From: Azolla caroliniana
Taxonomy: Eukaryota; Plantae; Polypodiophyta
DNA: 64,000 nucleotides
Assembly: GCA_043228905.1 (NCBI GenBank)
Contig: JBHGNT010000002.1
Span: forward strand, 23,994,001 to 24,058,000
Direction of reading: 5' to 3'
Position numbers and translations under genes: made by a program. Of the stretch, positions 1-13,671 are shown piece by piece (the first letter of the stretch is position 1; every line of letters begins with the position of its first letter). The notes below the pieces were generated by a model, which was not told where the DNA came from, searched no databases, and worked only from the letters and a program-made list of their open reading frames with translations.

Positions 1-39
1 TGATGGGACATTAATAGGTTGGAGTTTTACTTATTGGAA

Positions 40-362
40 TGTAAGAAAAGTTTAGAACATAATGGGTTGGATTGACAACATAGAACGAGAGAGAGTTTTC
101 GAAGAATGTAGAACAAGGTAAGATATTATATTAAGACAGGTGTATTACAATGTAAGAACCTACAGGAAACTCTAGATGTAGTATCACACACATTTCTAAA
201 CAATACTTCATACATATATATATACAAAGAAGTAACAACTAGCCGTTACTTCTTTGTAACTCTTGTTTTGTCTTTTCCTTATTGTCTTTTGTAACTCATA
301 TTTTGTCTTTATCCTCATAACTCATGTTTTATCATTTGTGGTGTAAACAGGTAATCTTAACA
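40..362 (-). repeat. 3' LTR of copia A
   Basis: Direct repeat of 18046-18368 with TG...CA termini and scattered substitutions. Confidence 0.95.
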
Positions 363-389
363 CCCCCCCGTAGATGTGACACCACCAAC

Positions 390-2715
390 TCATCTATTTG
401 GATGAATACTTAATCCAATATGGTGGTAGCAATTCCAATGTTTTGCGTTGGGTACTGGCTTGGTAAGAAAATCAGCCCACATAGTTTGTGTTGAAGTATG
501 TCCAATCGAGAGGTTAGATTCTTCAAGAAGTTCTGAGATGAAGTGATGTCGTGCGCGGATATGCTTGTTTTGCTCTATGATCTTGGGCTCCTTAGTGATT
601 TTGATGCAGGATTGGTTGTCACACCATAACTTGAATTCAAAAATTTTGAGGATGGCAAGTTCATCAATGATGGACTTCAACCATAATCCTTCCTTAGTAG
701 TGAGAGTAGTTGCTATATATTTTGCTTCAATGGAAGAGAGGGCGACAATAGCTTGTTTCTTTGTTCTCCATGAAATGGCACCACCTGCAAATAGGAATAC
801 ATAGCTAGAGGTGGATCGAGAGGTATCCTTGTCCCCCCCCAATCTGCATCCGTCCAACCATGTAGTGGTGTTGATAGCCAGCCTTGGATATTTGAATGTT
901 GGGCTTTAGAGTATGATGTGTAAGTAGGTGTCATATCCCTTGTGTACTTCAAATACCGTAATACTCTTTTAAGTGCTTTCCAATGGTTAACTCCTAGATT
1001 CTCCATGAATCTTTATAGGTACCCAGTGGCAAAAGATAAGTCGGTTCGAGTGCAGCTGACGAGGTATCGAATGCGCCCCAACACTTGGCGATACAGGATA
1101 TTCTTCATAAAGTAAGTTGCTTCAATTGTATGTGTGAATCTTCAGATGATAATTTGCATGGTACTGCGAGGTGAGTGGAGATTGGAGAACACTCAAACAT
1201 ATCAAACTTGGTTAGTATATTATCAACAGAGTTCGATTCCTTTTTACATGAATCCCAAGAAAATATTCTAGTGGCCCAAGATGTTTGATTGGGAATTGTT
1301 GTCGTAACTCTACAATAAATTCCATTACCAAGTCTTCTGATGTCCCAACAATAGGTAAATCATCCACATAGACTCCCAAGAGTAAGAATTCTATTTTTGT
1401 TTTCTTTATGTATATATTACGTTCCGATTGAAGTTGTTGAAATTTGATTGATAAGAGGAACCTATGAAACTTGGCATACTATTGTCTACGGGATTGTTTT
1501 AGGCCACGGTACTAATGTCCATGTGTGATTCTTTTGGAGTGCTAAGAATTCAGATTTAATTGCCGCAACCCAATTGTCTTTTTCTTTACTTTTTTTAATG
1601 CTTGCTTGAAGGTGAGAATTGGAGTTGTGTCGTAGTTGTCTCCTTCGATGATGGCTGCAAAGATGGATATGTCGGACTCCGTCTCTGTTACGAAGTGACA
1701 TGTTGACTTTTCAAGCACCTCATCCTTAGTTGCATCATAGATATCACTAAGTAACCTTACCTTAGTCTTTTTAGCCCTAATTTCTTTTTCTTTTAAGGTT
1801 GTTTTGGAGAGGTTGCAGGTTTTTAGGCGGGCGAGATCCATATTCTCACATGGAGGATGCACAGGGTTGAATGTGGTCGCCAGTCATATGCTCAGGTTCA
1901 AGGCTTCAAGTAATATATTGGGCAGTGGATTGATTGTTGCTTTCGAGGCTTCGGTCATACACTTTTTCACCTTTGGGGCTTTGAGCATCAGATTGGCGAA
2001 CAAATTGACTACCAATTTTGAGATTTTGAGGATACTCTGAGGTGTAGGGTTGTAGGTGACCTGAACTTGTATGTTCAGATTCACAATTTCGACATTCGGA
2101 TGTTGAGGAAGAGCTGTTGGGTTGTTGGCGGTGCACTAGCACATCCTCAGGTTCGAGACTTTGAGTGGCTGATTTGGTGATCATAGGCTTGGTGGCGGTC
2201 TTCGCAACATAGATTCCCAACCCCTCATCTTGAATGGTTAAGATCTGAGAATGAGGGAATTGGTTGAGTTTCTCTCCTCTGTTTTCTGTTGCATTAGTTG
2301 TTGGCGCACCATGATTGTTGTGTAGTTCGGCGTTGATGATGTTCGTCCCATGATTTTCAGATTCCATTGTTGTTGCTTGAGGAAGTCTTAACTTTGTGAT
2401 TTCCTTGGTAAGGTGTTCACTCCCGGTTTCTTTCATTACATATGATGACCTAGAAAAAAGACTTTTCTCATCAAACTCCATAGAACGACTAAAAATTATT
2501 TTATCTGTATCGGGAAGGTAAATTCTGTATGCTTTTACTCCATATGGCTCCCCATATCCAATAAGTTTTCCTTTGATGCATTTATCCTCAAGTTTTGTCC
2601 TCTCGGCAAGTTGTATGTATGCAAAAGCAGTTGCTCCAAATACTCGAAGATGTGATATCTCAGGTGGGTACCCATACCACATGGTGTATGGCACTTGTCC
2701 TTCTATACCTTGGTG
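390..2715 (-). pseudogene. copia A pol: integrase C-terminus, RT, RNase H (frameshifted, stops)
   Basis: Fragments HLRVFGATAFAYI, NHTWTLVP, HWKALKRVLRYLK, STSSYVFLFAGGAISWRTKKQ and KHIRARHHF lie in different frames. Confidence 0.9.
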
Positions 2716-2719
2716 AGGA

Positions 2720-2745
2720 GGGTCGAAGCACGCTACGGTGTACCA
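2720..2745 (+). repeat. Left TIR of DNA transposon 1
   Basis: Inverted copy of 14009-14034 with one mismatch. Confidence 0.95.
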
Positions 2746-3242
2746 GAAAAGTACTGTTTTTGGCCACAAAAATTGTCAGTACTTTCAATACTGTTAGTAC
2801 TGAATAATCCAGAAAAAAAATTAGAGAAAAAGAAAATCGATTTTGGAGAGTGGGGTGACTGTAGTACAAGTGTCATTTACTGTAGAAGGAGTGGGGGGAA
2901 CACATGAGGAGATGTTCTTCCATTTTGGGGGCTATTTTCCCCTCACGTCGATTTTGGCGCTTCCCCTCATACTACTCTTCCTCTATCCCTCTGAGCTTTT
3001 CATCACAGACATCCATGTCACGTTTCTGATTTTCCTTCAATCTAAATCTCAAACATCCATGTCTGGTTGGAGAGTTTGAGTTGAGGATTTCTGATTTTTT
3101 TAGGGTTTATGTTTTTGTTAGGTTTAGGTTGAGGTACAGAGACTGTTTTGAGGGTTTAGGCAGCAGCCAATAGTGACTTCTTCGACAACGACTTTCTTAC
3201 TTCCACCGATTCCAATTGATGTCGTGGTGATTTGGGGCTTTT

Positions 3243-3507
3243 TCCACCAAATCGAGGCGGCATTGGAGGTTCCTTCCACCAAATCGAGGCGGCATATCCA
3301 ACGCTCCCTCCACCATTGGAGGTTCCTTCCACCAAATCGAGGCGGCATATCCAACGCTCCCTCCACCATTGGAGGTTCCTTCCACCATTGGAGGTTCCTT
3401 CCACCAAATCGAGGCTGCATATCCACGCTCCCTGCACCATTGGGGTTCCTTCCACCAAATCGAGGCGGCATATCCAACGCTCCCTCCACCATTGGGGGTT
3501 CCTTCCA
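3243..3507. repeat. 53-bp tandem repeat upstream of transposase 1
   Basis: Unit CCACCAAATCGAGGCGGCATATCCAACGCTCCCTCCACCATTGGAGGTTCCTT starts at 3276 and 3329; about 4-5 full or partial copies. Confidence 0.9.
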
Positions 3508-3718
3508 TCCATTTTTTTATTTTCAGTACTAAAATGTTTCATTTCTTCATATTTCAGTACTAAATTTTTAGAATTGACATTTGTCATATTTGATATGTAA
3601 TTCTAATGTTTGAAACAAAATATTTCTCACTTTGCAGGCCACATTTAAAAACATTTGATTGTGTTTTCTTGGTTGAGTCTATATAACATTAACTACTTTT
3701 GCAAGACACTTAATTTTT

Positions 3719-6588
3719 GTGGATAAATCTAGTGACCGAATGGGGGTTCCTAACGAGAGTGAGTTGTCAAGTAACTCATGCATATCTGAAAGGACTAAGA
3801 GACGAGTGGTTCTTCACATAGTCCGTTATTTGGTAGAAATAACGAAGAGATTTAGTGAAGAGAATCGTAGGGATATTATCTGTAGAGTGTTACACCATCA
3901 AAGTTTGAATGAAGACATGGAGAGAATAAAATTTAGGGACCAATGTGTTTCAGAAGAGATTGTGGAGTCTATGAATTCATCCCTAGACTTAGTTAAAGGT
4001 GTAGAGAGCTTAGACAAACTTGCTGCAAAGAGGGCAACCCTACACATGGTTGTGAACGGTGCGAGAGAGAAAAAATATAGTGATACTAAAGTTGCCTTAG
4101 CCCTGGGTATTCAAAGAAGGAACTTGAGGAAACATCGCCGAAATATACACTCAAGCAAATTCAAGTGGCTGGGGTCGGGACGTAGACGACGATGTGATGC
4201 CTTATCTCAAGAGATTATTGAGAAAGTGGATTCATTTTGGGCCAAAAATACGCGTGTCTCACCAAATAAGAAGGACGTGTGTAGACAACGAATAAGTCAG
4301 GGTAAGTACCAGATTCACCCTAGACACTTCTTGGAGATGACAGAGGTATTCCATTTTTTTATATCAATTCACATTCCATAACTTTGTGTTTTGACCAAGT
4401 GTATATTAATGTTTGCTATATATATTGGTTGATGTAGGCTGAATTGTACATGAACTTTAAAGACCAACATCCAAGCTTGATTGTTGGATTCCGCAAGTTC
4501 CAAGGTTTGAAACCATTTTATGTTAGAAAATTAAATGAGAGGAATACATGTTGTTGTGTGTACCATAAGAAGATGGACATGTTAAGGCTAGCAGTGAATG
4601 CAATGCGTACTGATTCTAAGGGTATACACGGGGAATTATGTGTCTGCACTTGTGAGATTTGTAGACCAAATGGGGAGGATAATAGGTGTAATGCACGAAA
4701 CATGACTTATGCATCCGTTTCTGAGCTATGGAGGTCTTGTGTTTGTGAAAAAGAACCATCATGTGAGTGGCATCATCGTACATGTCTATTAAGAACATGT
4801 AAGGTTTGTCTGCTACCATTATTTTGTAGGCAGGAGCTTGATATGGGAAATAGTCATATCGTGAAATGGAAATATTTGGAGTATGTGACTGAAAATATTG
4901 GCAAGGGAGTTGTAACTAAGCGTATCAAGAAAGTATATAAGGAGACATGTGCTGCTACCCTTGTCTCAGAATTTAAGAAACAACTTGGGGAGTTTATTCC
5001 ACATAACTTCCAGAGTTATTGGCAAAATTCACAGTTCAAGGAATGTATTAATAACTTACCAACGGGTGTCATCGTATCCGTTATTGATTTTGCAGAAAAC
5101 TATACATTTAAAGTTCAAAATGAGGTTCAATCAATGCATTGGTACAATGATCGATGTACAATACTTGTACATATTTGCTATTGGAGGCAAGACGGTGAGT
5201 TACATAAGAAATCAATATTTTACATTTCACATGATAAAAAGCATGATACACTATTTGTTCAACATTGTTTTAAGCTTCACCATGCAGATTTATTTTCTCT
5301 AGGGTTAACCTTGTACTATGTGTTGTATCTATACTAAATCAGTGTTTATTGGGGGATGTAAAGTACATGTCTTGTAGTACTAATGATCTTCTAAGGAGGG
5401 TTGTGTTCTCCGTGGACACATTGTACTGTACTATCCGATATTGAACATTTTGTACTATTTATCTGTTAATACATGTAGAGTGCTTTCCATGAACTCATTG
5501 TACTATACTTTGTGCTATATCCATACTAAGTTAGTATTAAATGGATGCCAGGTACTGTTGGTTGACAACATAGGACTATTTATCTTTTAATAAGTGTAGA
5601 GTGTTCTCAATGGATACGTTGTGCTATGCTTTGTTTTGTATTTGTACTAAATCAGTATTAATGGAAGTGTAGTACTCTCAATTGACAACATAGTACTAAT
5701 TTTGTTGGAAACCTGAGATACCAAAGTAGGTATTTCTCCTTATTCAATATTCGTATGCAATGGAATTACTTCGGGTCTGGACATGGAAAAGGAGAGCATG
5801 ATGGCGCGGGGGCTGTGATCAAACGTGCCCTTACAAGTGAGCAGTTGGATAATAATGGTGCTAAGTTACAAAATGCACATGATGTTGTGCAGTGGCTAAC
5901 ATGGAAGATGTCAAATGATGGTAAGAACAGATTGTTTGTTGAAGTTCGCGCTGATGAGGTCGATAGAACTAAATCATGTGGTTGTAAAACCGTGAAAGGC
6001 ACACGCAGCACCCATTGTGTGTTAGGGTTTAGCCGCAAGGACACAACACAATTGTTACTCCGTAGTTTATCATGCTTTTGTTCCATGTGTCTAGATGAAG
6101 CTTGGGATAAATGCATCAACCTATCAATCGTGGAGCCCTGGAAGCTGCAGAAGCTTGAGCCTGAACGACAAGATGATATTGAAGAGGATGTGCATTCAAA
6201 CGATATTGTATACTACAACCAAAATCAAGACTTGGCAGTTTTATTGGAAGTTGGAGATCATTTTGCAGTGCTCAAATCTCCTCAGAATGAAGATTTAGAA
6301 GACTACTACATTGTGGTGTGCAAGCAAGGAAAGACATTATTGAAAGAAGTGGTGAGGGATGGTTGGGGCAACAATTTCAACGTTGGTCAGTTTGTCGTGT
6401 ATGGAAACTATTATGCAAAGTTGCCGCAGTGCAAGAACACATATGCATTACTAAAAGAAGCATCCATTGCAATAATCTACGCCGATGCCATTCTTGCGAT
6501 CAAATTCAATATGACTCAAGCAAAGCACAAGGTTAAGGGATACAACACTGTCTACAAGGTCCCCCAAGAGGTTCATGAGCACATATGA
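3719..6588 (+). pseudogene. Sola2-like DDD transposase, spliced, probably defective
   Basis: Exon ends at 4345 (TRVSPNKKD), GT-AG intron 4346-4437 in phase 0. Exon 4438-~5310 has CCCVYH, a Cys-rich region, VIDFAENY..QNEVQSMHW and HDTLFVQHCF. Exon ~5730-6588 has WNYFGSGHGKGEHDGAG and CFCSMC. The WVWSxG-xxxQ segment seen in copy 2 was not found here. Confidence 0.85.
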
Positions 6589-6760
6589 GGGGAGGTCTCT
6601 CTATTTAATGCTTGAAAGTCACCCTATCAATACATTGTACCAGAAAACTGCAAAACATCCACTTGGAGTTCACTATTAATTTTGATGATTGACAAATGAA
6701 TTGATATATTTCGTCTTTCTTCTAAAGTGTTTATGCCTCTCAACCACTTGTACTTATCTT

Positions 6761-9437
6761 TCATAATATATTAGTTGTTGTCAACAGGACTTGGATTTCT
6801 TCATTGTCGATATTGCTCATGTTTCCTGATGTTATTTGAGCATAGAAGTTTTGCAGAGCCATGTTAAAATGAGTAAAAATATTGTATATCTTCTTGATAA
6901 AGTCTAGATTCATAAGAGTTGGTGTGTCCTCTGTTGGCACATAAATCTGCTCTTCTTTTGCTACCAAGAGAAGATTGTTAGTTGAATTCATTAAAGACTT
7001 TAATATTGTAAGATTTTCTACTGTAAGTTCATTCTTCAAAGGGGGCGATGAATTCTGTGAAGACAACAATGAAAATTATTCTCTCAGAATCCTTTTTTGT
7101 TTCATGATATGTCTTGTGAAGCCATCTGAGTTTTAACTTCTTGTATATAAGTCCTGAATATCCAGGCTATGGATTTTAAATTACAGACCTTCCTTTCCTT
7201 AACAAAATAATCCAACTTCTGAAACAATAATTTGTGATAGCTCAAAAAGGTAAGTGTTTCCTTACTACTGTTAGTGGATGGTTCATCCTTTGGGATGATA
7301 TCATCAAAATATGGCCCACATTGCTTCAACAATTTGCACACATTCTGGTTACCCTCCAATTTGCACACATTCTGGCTAAGAAGACTTTCAAGCATTTTAT
7401 CTACAATAGACTGAAAGACTTTGCGAGGATTAGGAGATGATCTCAAAAAAGAAACAAAACGTTGTAAAATAAGAATACTTAGATCAAAAAGTATATTCCC
7501 ATTGTTTTTGATATATGTTGACGAGCAAAATATAGAAGCAATCCTTAAACATGAACTTGATTTCACACTGGTATAACTATTTCAGATTCATGAACTGGAT
7601 TTTTTACATTGGCAATTGAAACAGTATTTTGGTATCCAAATAGTTCAATTTCAGACATCACTAACAACTAAAGTTCAAGTACAATCGAAAGACAATCAGG
7701 CACTAGAGGGTAACTTGGCCGATCTTGTAATGCGCTTGTTGGTGCCAGATTTTTCTGATTTTACATTCTTCTTTATCTTAAAGCCTTTAGGTATGAGCTG
7801 ACTAAGTGGCACTTCATCATCAGAGGCATCAGAGACAGGCGTGGATGCGCGGGCACCTTGTACTGGTGGCAAGCTTGAGAGAGCAACTATGTTTTCTGCA
7901 ACTGCAATGCTTGTACACAAATCCACAAAGGTGCTGTCGATAGACAAATTATCACTCATCTCCTGAATGCTTGTACTCCTAGCGATCTTTATTTCCCTAT
8001 CATCATCACCGATGCCTATACACTCGTTCTTATTAGACTCCTGTATGTGGACCGTGGCAATAGTCATGGTCAACTCCTCTTGTACGGTGGATGTCACCTC
8101 ATTCTTAAGACAACGTTGTTCGCTCTGAGTACAATCAGGCCCACCTTCATTAGTAACGTTGTTCGCTCTACACTCCTCATGGGATTCTGTACAATCAGGC
8201 TTATCTTCAGGGAAAGCGATGTTCTTTCCACGATCCTCTTCATTACTAGCAATGTTCTTTCCATGATCCTCATGGGAATCTTTAGACAGTACTAGCACAT
8301 TATCAGTACAATCAGTCTTCTCTTCAGCACTTGCCACATTATCAGTACAATCAGTCTTCTCTTCAGTACTTGCCATATTCTTTCCACACTCTTCATGGGC
8401 TTCAATCTTCTCTTCAGTACTTGCCATATTCTTTCCACACTCATAGGCTTCTTTAGACATAGTGTTGTTTGTACATGCCAGCTGCTCTTCACATATGAAT
8501 GCTTCGTTTTTCTCACAATCCTCATGTGTGGAAGATGTTCTTCCAGAGTCCGCCTCCTTGCAAAGGTTAATTTGATTCTGACTCTAATGGGAATCTGACT
8601 CTGCACTTGTGCTCCATGAAGTTCCCGATTCATTTGATTGCAGTTGGGAATCAGACTGCTCTTGTAAACCTAATTAATGGGATTCCAAAGAATATTGGTA
8701 TCAACTCACATACTCAAAAGTTTGCAAACAATGAACATAGGGTTTAGGGCCACATTTTTACCTAATGTTACATTATCATACTGTACAGCCGTAGATACCC
8801 CATTGCAAGTGGTGGGCTCGGTCATCTTCTCCACAACATCTAGGTGCTCAACAGTGTTGTTATGATCTATAATAACAACAAAAATAGGGTTGTTATGAGC
8901 TAAATCATTGTTTTCAAAGTCTTGCTTTTGACGTGTACCTGGGAGTGTGATAAATTCGTCTTCATGATCAGGTTTTGGACTCGTATCTCCGTCACCAAAT
9001 ATCATTTCATCATCAGCTAGTAACACAAGTACATGGTATTAGACAATGGATTAGGTTGACAATGCTCCAGACAGGTGAGAACTTATATGACTCACCATTG
9101 CATTCAACTTTGCCTTTCTTGCCGTTTCCATACAACATTCTTGCAGCATTTCTCTTCTTACTGGGCTCTATTTGTAAAGAAACTGCATTTCTCTTCTTAC
9201 TGGGCTCTATTTCTTGATGTTGACCGGAGCTTGGGGAATTTGTTTGTAGAAGCATATGTTCCACTGCTCCAATGGCCCTTCTCATACATTCATCCTCATC
9301 ATAAAAATCATAGGTTATTGGTAATGATGGTCCCTGAACCTTGGAATGTGCAGCAGATATTGAGGGTTTAGGCACAGGGGCTGGTTATTCCATTACCTTC
9401 CCTGGCGTGGAGTTGCTTGACACTACAACATTCATTG
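6761..9437 (-). pseudogene. 3' part of a convergent accessory gene of transposon 1 (acidic repeats plus predicted helical C-terminal region; frameshifted)
   Basis: Chain of minus-strand ORFs (9013-9375, 8706-9026, 7696-8460, 7102-7566, 6761-7069) inside the TIRs, with internal peptide repeats (ECGKNMASTEEK, TDCTDNV). No family recognised. Confidence 0.5.
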
Positions 9438-9519
9438 CAAGAAACAAAAAAACCTTGAATGTTAGTACCATCATCTAAAATATATAATGTAGGTCACAAG
9501 AGCTGCTTCCCATTTTACA

Positions 9520-11000
9520 CAATGTACCAATCATGAACAATGTACTACTCACATAGTTCCTAAATTACTGAACTAGTACTAATAAGGAACACTGTACTGC
9601 TCACTTAGTTCCCAATTTACACGATTAGTACTAATCATGCACAATATACACAAGTAGTACTAATCATGCACAATATACTACTCACTTAGTTACCAAATTA
9701 CACAAGTACTAATCCCGAAAAATGTACCACTGACTTAGTCAAATTAATAAGTAGTACTAATCTTCAACAATGTACTACTCACTTATTTCCTAAATCACTG
9801 AACTAGTACTAATCCCGAACAATGTACTGCTCACTTAGTTCCCAATTTACACAAGTAGTACTAATCATGCACAATATACTACTCACTTAGTTACCAAATT
9901 ACACAAGGAGTACTAATCCCGAACAATGTAATGCTCACTTAGTTCCCAATTTACACAAGTAGTACTAATCATGCACAATATACTACTCACTTAGTTAGCA
10001 AATTACACAAGGAGTACTAATCCCGAACAATGTACTGCTCACTTAGTTCCCAATTTACACAAGTAGTACTAATCATGCACAATATACTACTCACTTAGTT
10101 AGCAAATTACACAAGGAGTACTAATCCCGAACAATGTACTGCTCACTTAGTTCCCAATTTACACAAGTAGTACTAATCATGCACAATATACTACTCACTT
10201 AGTTAGCAAATTACACAAGGAGTACTAATCCCGAACAATATACTGCTCACTTAGTTCCCAATTTACACAAGTAGTACTAATCATGCACAATATACTACTC
10301 ACTTAGTTACCAAATTACATAAGGAGTACTAATCCCGAACAATGTAATGCTCACTTAGTTCCCAATTTACACAAGTAGTACTAATCATGCACAATATACT
10401 ACTCACTTAGTTAGCAAATTACACAAGGAGTACTAATCCCGAACAATGTACCACTGACTTAGTCAAATTACACAATTAGTACTAATCCTGAACAATGTAC
10501 TACTCAACAATGTACCACTGACTTAGTCAAATTACACAATTAGTACTAATCCTACAAAATGTACTACTCACTTATTTTCTAGATTACTGATCTAGTACTA
10601 ATAAGGTACAAAACTAGTACTAATAAGGAACAAGGTACTACTCAGTTCCCAAATTACAAAACTAGTATTAATCATGAGCAATGTACTAGTAACTTAGTTC
10701 ACAAAGTACAGAACTAGTACTAATCATGAACCATGTAGTACTTACTAAGTACTAATCCAACAAATGTAGATTGGTATTTTGCACACAAGTAATACTAAAC
10801 ATGATATGTGTTCTACACACCTAGTTACATAACTTGTACTAATTACACCAATAGTATTAATCTTGAACAGTATTAGTACTAAACGTGATATGTGTTTGAC
10901 ACACCTCATTTCCAAATTACAATAATTGTACTATTATTCAGCAATTTACTATACACCTTGTTCCCAAATTACATTACTAGTACTAATTCCCAAGTTACAC
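9520..11000. repeat. AGTACT-cored minisatellite; ~52-bp monomers forming a 104-bp dimer
   Basis: AATCCCGAAC recurs at 9811, 9915, 10019 and onward (period 104). The core at ~9800-10460 is homogeneous and the flanks are degenerate. Confidence 0.92.
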
Positions 11001-11280
11001 AAACAATACTAACAGTCAACAGTGTACTATAAGTATAGTGTTTACTAAACTAATACTAGGCAAGTTGCAATATAGATTGGACGATGTTGTACCTGGTTCC
11101 CTTTTAGTACTACTAATTCTGGAAAATATCCCTTCAACTACACATACCAATTATATATTAAGAGTACTGCCAATACTAACCCACATAATTAGGGTTCCAC
11201 ATAATAGTTGTTAGAGATTACACTAAATTTGAAGTATGAATTGTGGCATACACTAGTTCTAGTTCAAATGTTAATTGACA

Positions 11281-12465
11281 TCATATAATACAAACAATAG
11301 AATAGTAGAGCCACATACCATACGCGTGTACTTTTAAACCCCAAGCATAGTACCACTCAGCCGCAATTGTAGTTTTATAGTCCATACATGTATTCTCTTT
11401 CTCAAAATGATACTTAGCACATAGCACATGATATGTGTGCAAGCATGGTGTAATCACAACATCCATAGCCTCCAGCTTGAATCCGAGGCCACAAAATATA
11501 CACCTGGAAGATTGCAAACACAAGTTATAATATATTAGTTGCTCACTTATTTATACCAGAGAAGTAGAAATAAATAACTTTTAAAGCCAATACCGTGATA
11601 TAGCTATACTAATAATGGTACTTTCTATACCACTTGGGTGCTCAATTACAGATGGACACAAAGTATCAAAACCATTTTGTTTTAAATCCTGCATCAAGCA
11701 TGCAAGGTTCTCAGAATGCAACTTTAAGGCTGACAACTTATTATCTATTTCTTCATGTGCATTCCTGCAAGTATCAAGGTCTCTCATCTGTGAACCTAAT
11801 TGAGTGCCCATATTGTTCAGCTCTTTCTTCAACTCCTCTTTCAACACCTCACTTTCTGAATTTTGGATTGTCGATGCAATCCATTCATATGTAGTTTTTA
11901 TTGAAGAAAATTTCTTTTCTGCCTGTATCTCAGCTGATTTAACTACTTCCAAATCAGCAAGTAGTGTTTGTATTCTTGAGCTCATAGAAGCTATGCAACC
12001 GGCCATCATCTGTTCATGCTTTTCAGTCATTGTGGCCCGTACCTTTGCCTCTAGAACTTGGTGGATAGGTGTTATAACTAGAATATCCACATGAGAGGTT
12101 CCAGATGACTTCAAGCCAGTGTTGGTACTGGAGGACCCTTTGTAATGTTCTGACCGGTGCCGATTAAAATCTTCCCAATTTACGTCAATGCCACCTTGAA
12201 CTTCACATGCAAAAGCACGTGCAAAAACAGTACCCACCTCATTGTTAGTGATTTGATTTGTATCATAAACATGTTCGTATCTCGTCTTCAATAAATTCAT
12301 GTATTCCCTCTTCAAACCACTTATGTGGAATCCTCGCCTTGTGTCGGGATGTGCTGACCCCCAGGTTTTTAACAACCACTCTCTCAGCTCTGGATAAACG
12401 TCAGGTCGTGCTCGAAGGAAATAATTCCATCCAAGAGGTGTGTCTCGACTGATGGAGTGGTACAT
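11281..12465 (-). pseudogene. Coiled-coil plus RING-finger-like protein exons (accessory gene of transposon 1)
   Basis: A 294-aa ORF with a heptad-rich C-terminal half joins the next exon CIFC...PCLHTYHVLC...C (RING-H2-like; last Cys appears as Y) through a plausible GT-AG intron (~11503-11594). An in-frame TAG lies just upstream of the ORF. Confidence 0.65.
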
Positions 12466-12679
12466 CTTCTTTCTCTATGTTGATGAATTCATCACCCTTT
12501 CTCTTGTGGGTGTCTTCTTGCTTTCTTTCATGGGTGTCCTTCTTCCTTCCTTCACTGGTGTCTTCACTTTCTCTTTCATCAATGTCTTCTTTATGGGTGT
12601 CCTTCTTGTCATTGTCCTAGTCAACACAATTCTCAGGGAATGAATATGCATGTACTAGAAGAAAACTCAAGCAATTACC

Positions 12680-13030
12680 ATCAACACATAGCAAATCATC
12701 ACATTGCATGTACAAACCATGTCAAACACACAATAACCCTAAATAGTCGGAAAAAAACTCATCCATGTCAAACACACAGACAATAAAAACAGACGGATAC
12801 AAAAGTCAAAGAAAAAGAAAACATTGTAAATCATCATAGCCAACTCCATCACATCGCATGTACAAGCCATGTCAAACACGCAAAAACCCAAAATAGTCGG
12901 AAAAACACTCATTCATGTCAAACTCACACAAAATAAAACAGATGGACAGGAAACAAGAACAAAACGAAAACATAGCAACTCATCATAGCCAACTCCATTT
13001 ACGTTGCATGTACAAACATGTCTAACACAC
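12680..13030. repeat. ~150-bp tandem duplication (2+ copies)
   Basis: GCATGTACAA...CATGTCAAACAC...AAATAGTCGGAAAAA at ~12706 and ~12856, partial at ~13006. Confidence 0.75.
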
Positions 13031-13671
13031 AACCACCTCGATCAAAATATTGTCATACATTTTTAAAAGAAACACAGAAACACAGAGAAAACAAAAACAT
13101 ACCAGTTGGGCATGCAACACATAGACTATGAATAATCAAACCCTAAAAATGGCCATACACATGCAAATAAAAAACAGACAGATAGGAAACATTCAGAAAA
13201 AGAAAACATACCAGTTCGGCATGCAACAAAGAGAATACCTGGAGGTCGTACAACTTGCAGAGGTACCACACCGTGTTAATTTTGACACCTTGGGAGCACA
13301 CCAAGCCTTCAAAATCACCTATATGCAAGAGGTTGTTGACGAGGCTGCTGCAGAGGAGACAAACGAGCATAGACAGAGGAGACAAACAAGCATACACAAG
13401 GAAGGAAAATCAACAACACAGACAACGAGCAGGGGAAACAAAAATCTCTGCGTATACAGAGTTCAGAGATCGAACCTGGCACAGAGGGGAACACAAGAAC
13501 AACTACGCGGGGAAACAGAGAATCGAAGGTGGAGTGAGAGAGAGAAACAGAAAGAAAGAAAGAAACAGAACTTCGAAGGTGGAGTGAGAGAGAGAAAGAG
13601 AGAGATAGACCTGTAATAGATATGTCGTCTTTCTTTAACTTTCTGCCACTGTCTGTCTGACAACTTCGAGA

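Noticed and set aside
2720-2769. N-terminus MWPKTVLFWYTVACFDP of ORF 1906-2769 as copia protein
   Set aside because: It is read-through from the transposon TIR. The same applies to the C-terminus of ORF 13966-14529.
9520-11000. Regular repeat array resembling a CRISPR array (also 3243-3507, 15345-16035, 51222-51830)
   Set aside because: Units are head-to-tail with no unique spacers, there are no cas genes, and the context is eukaryotic TE sequence.
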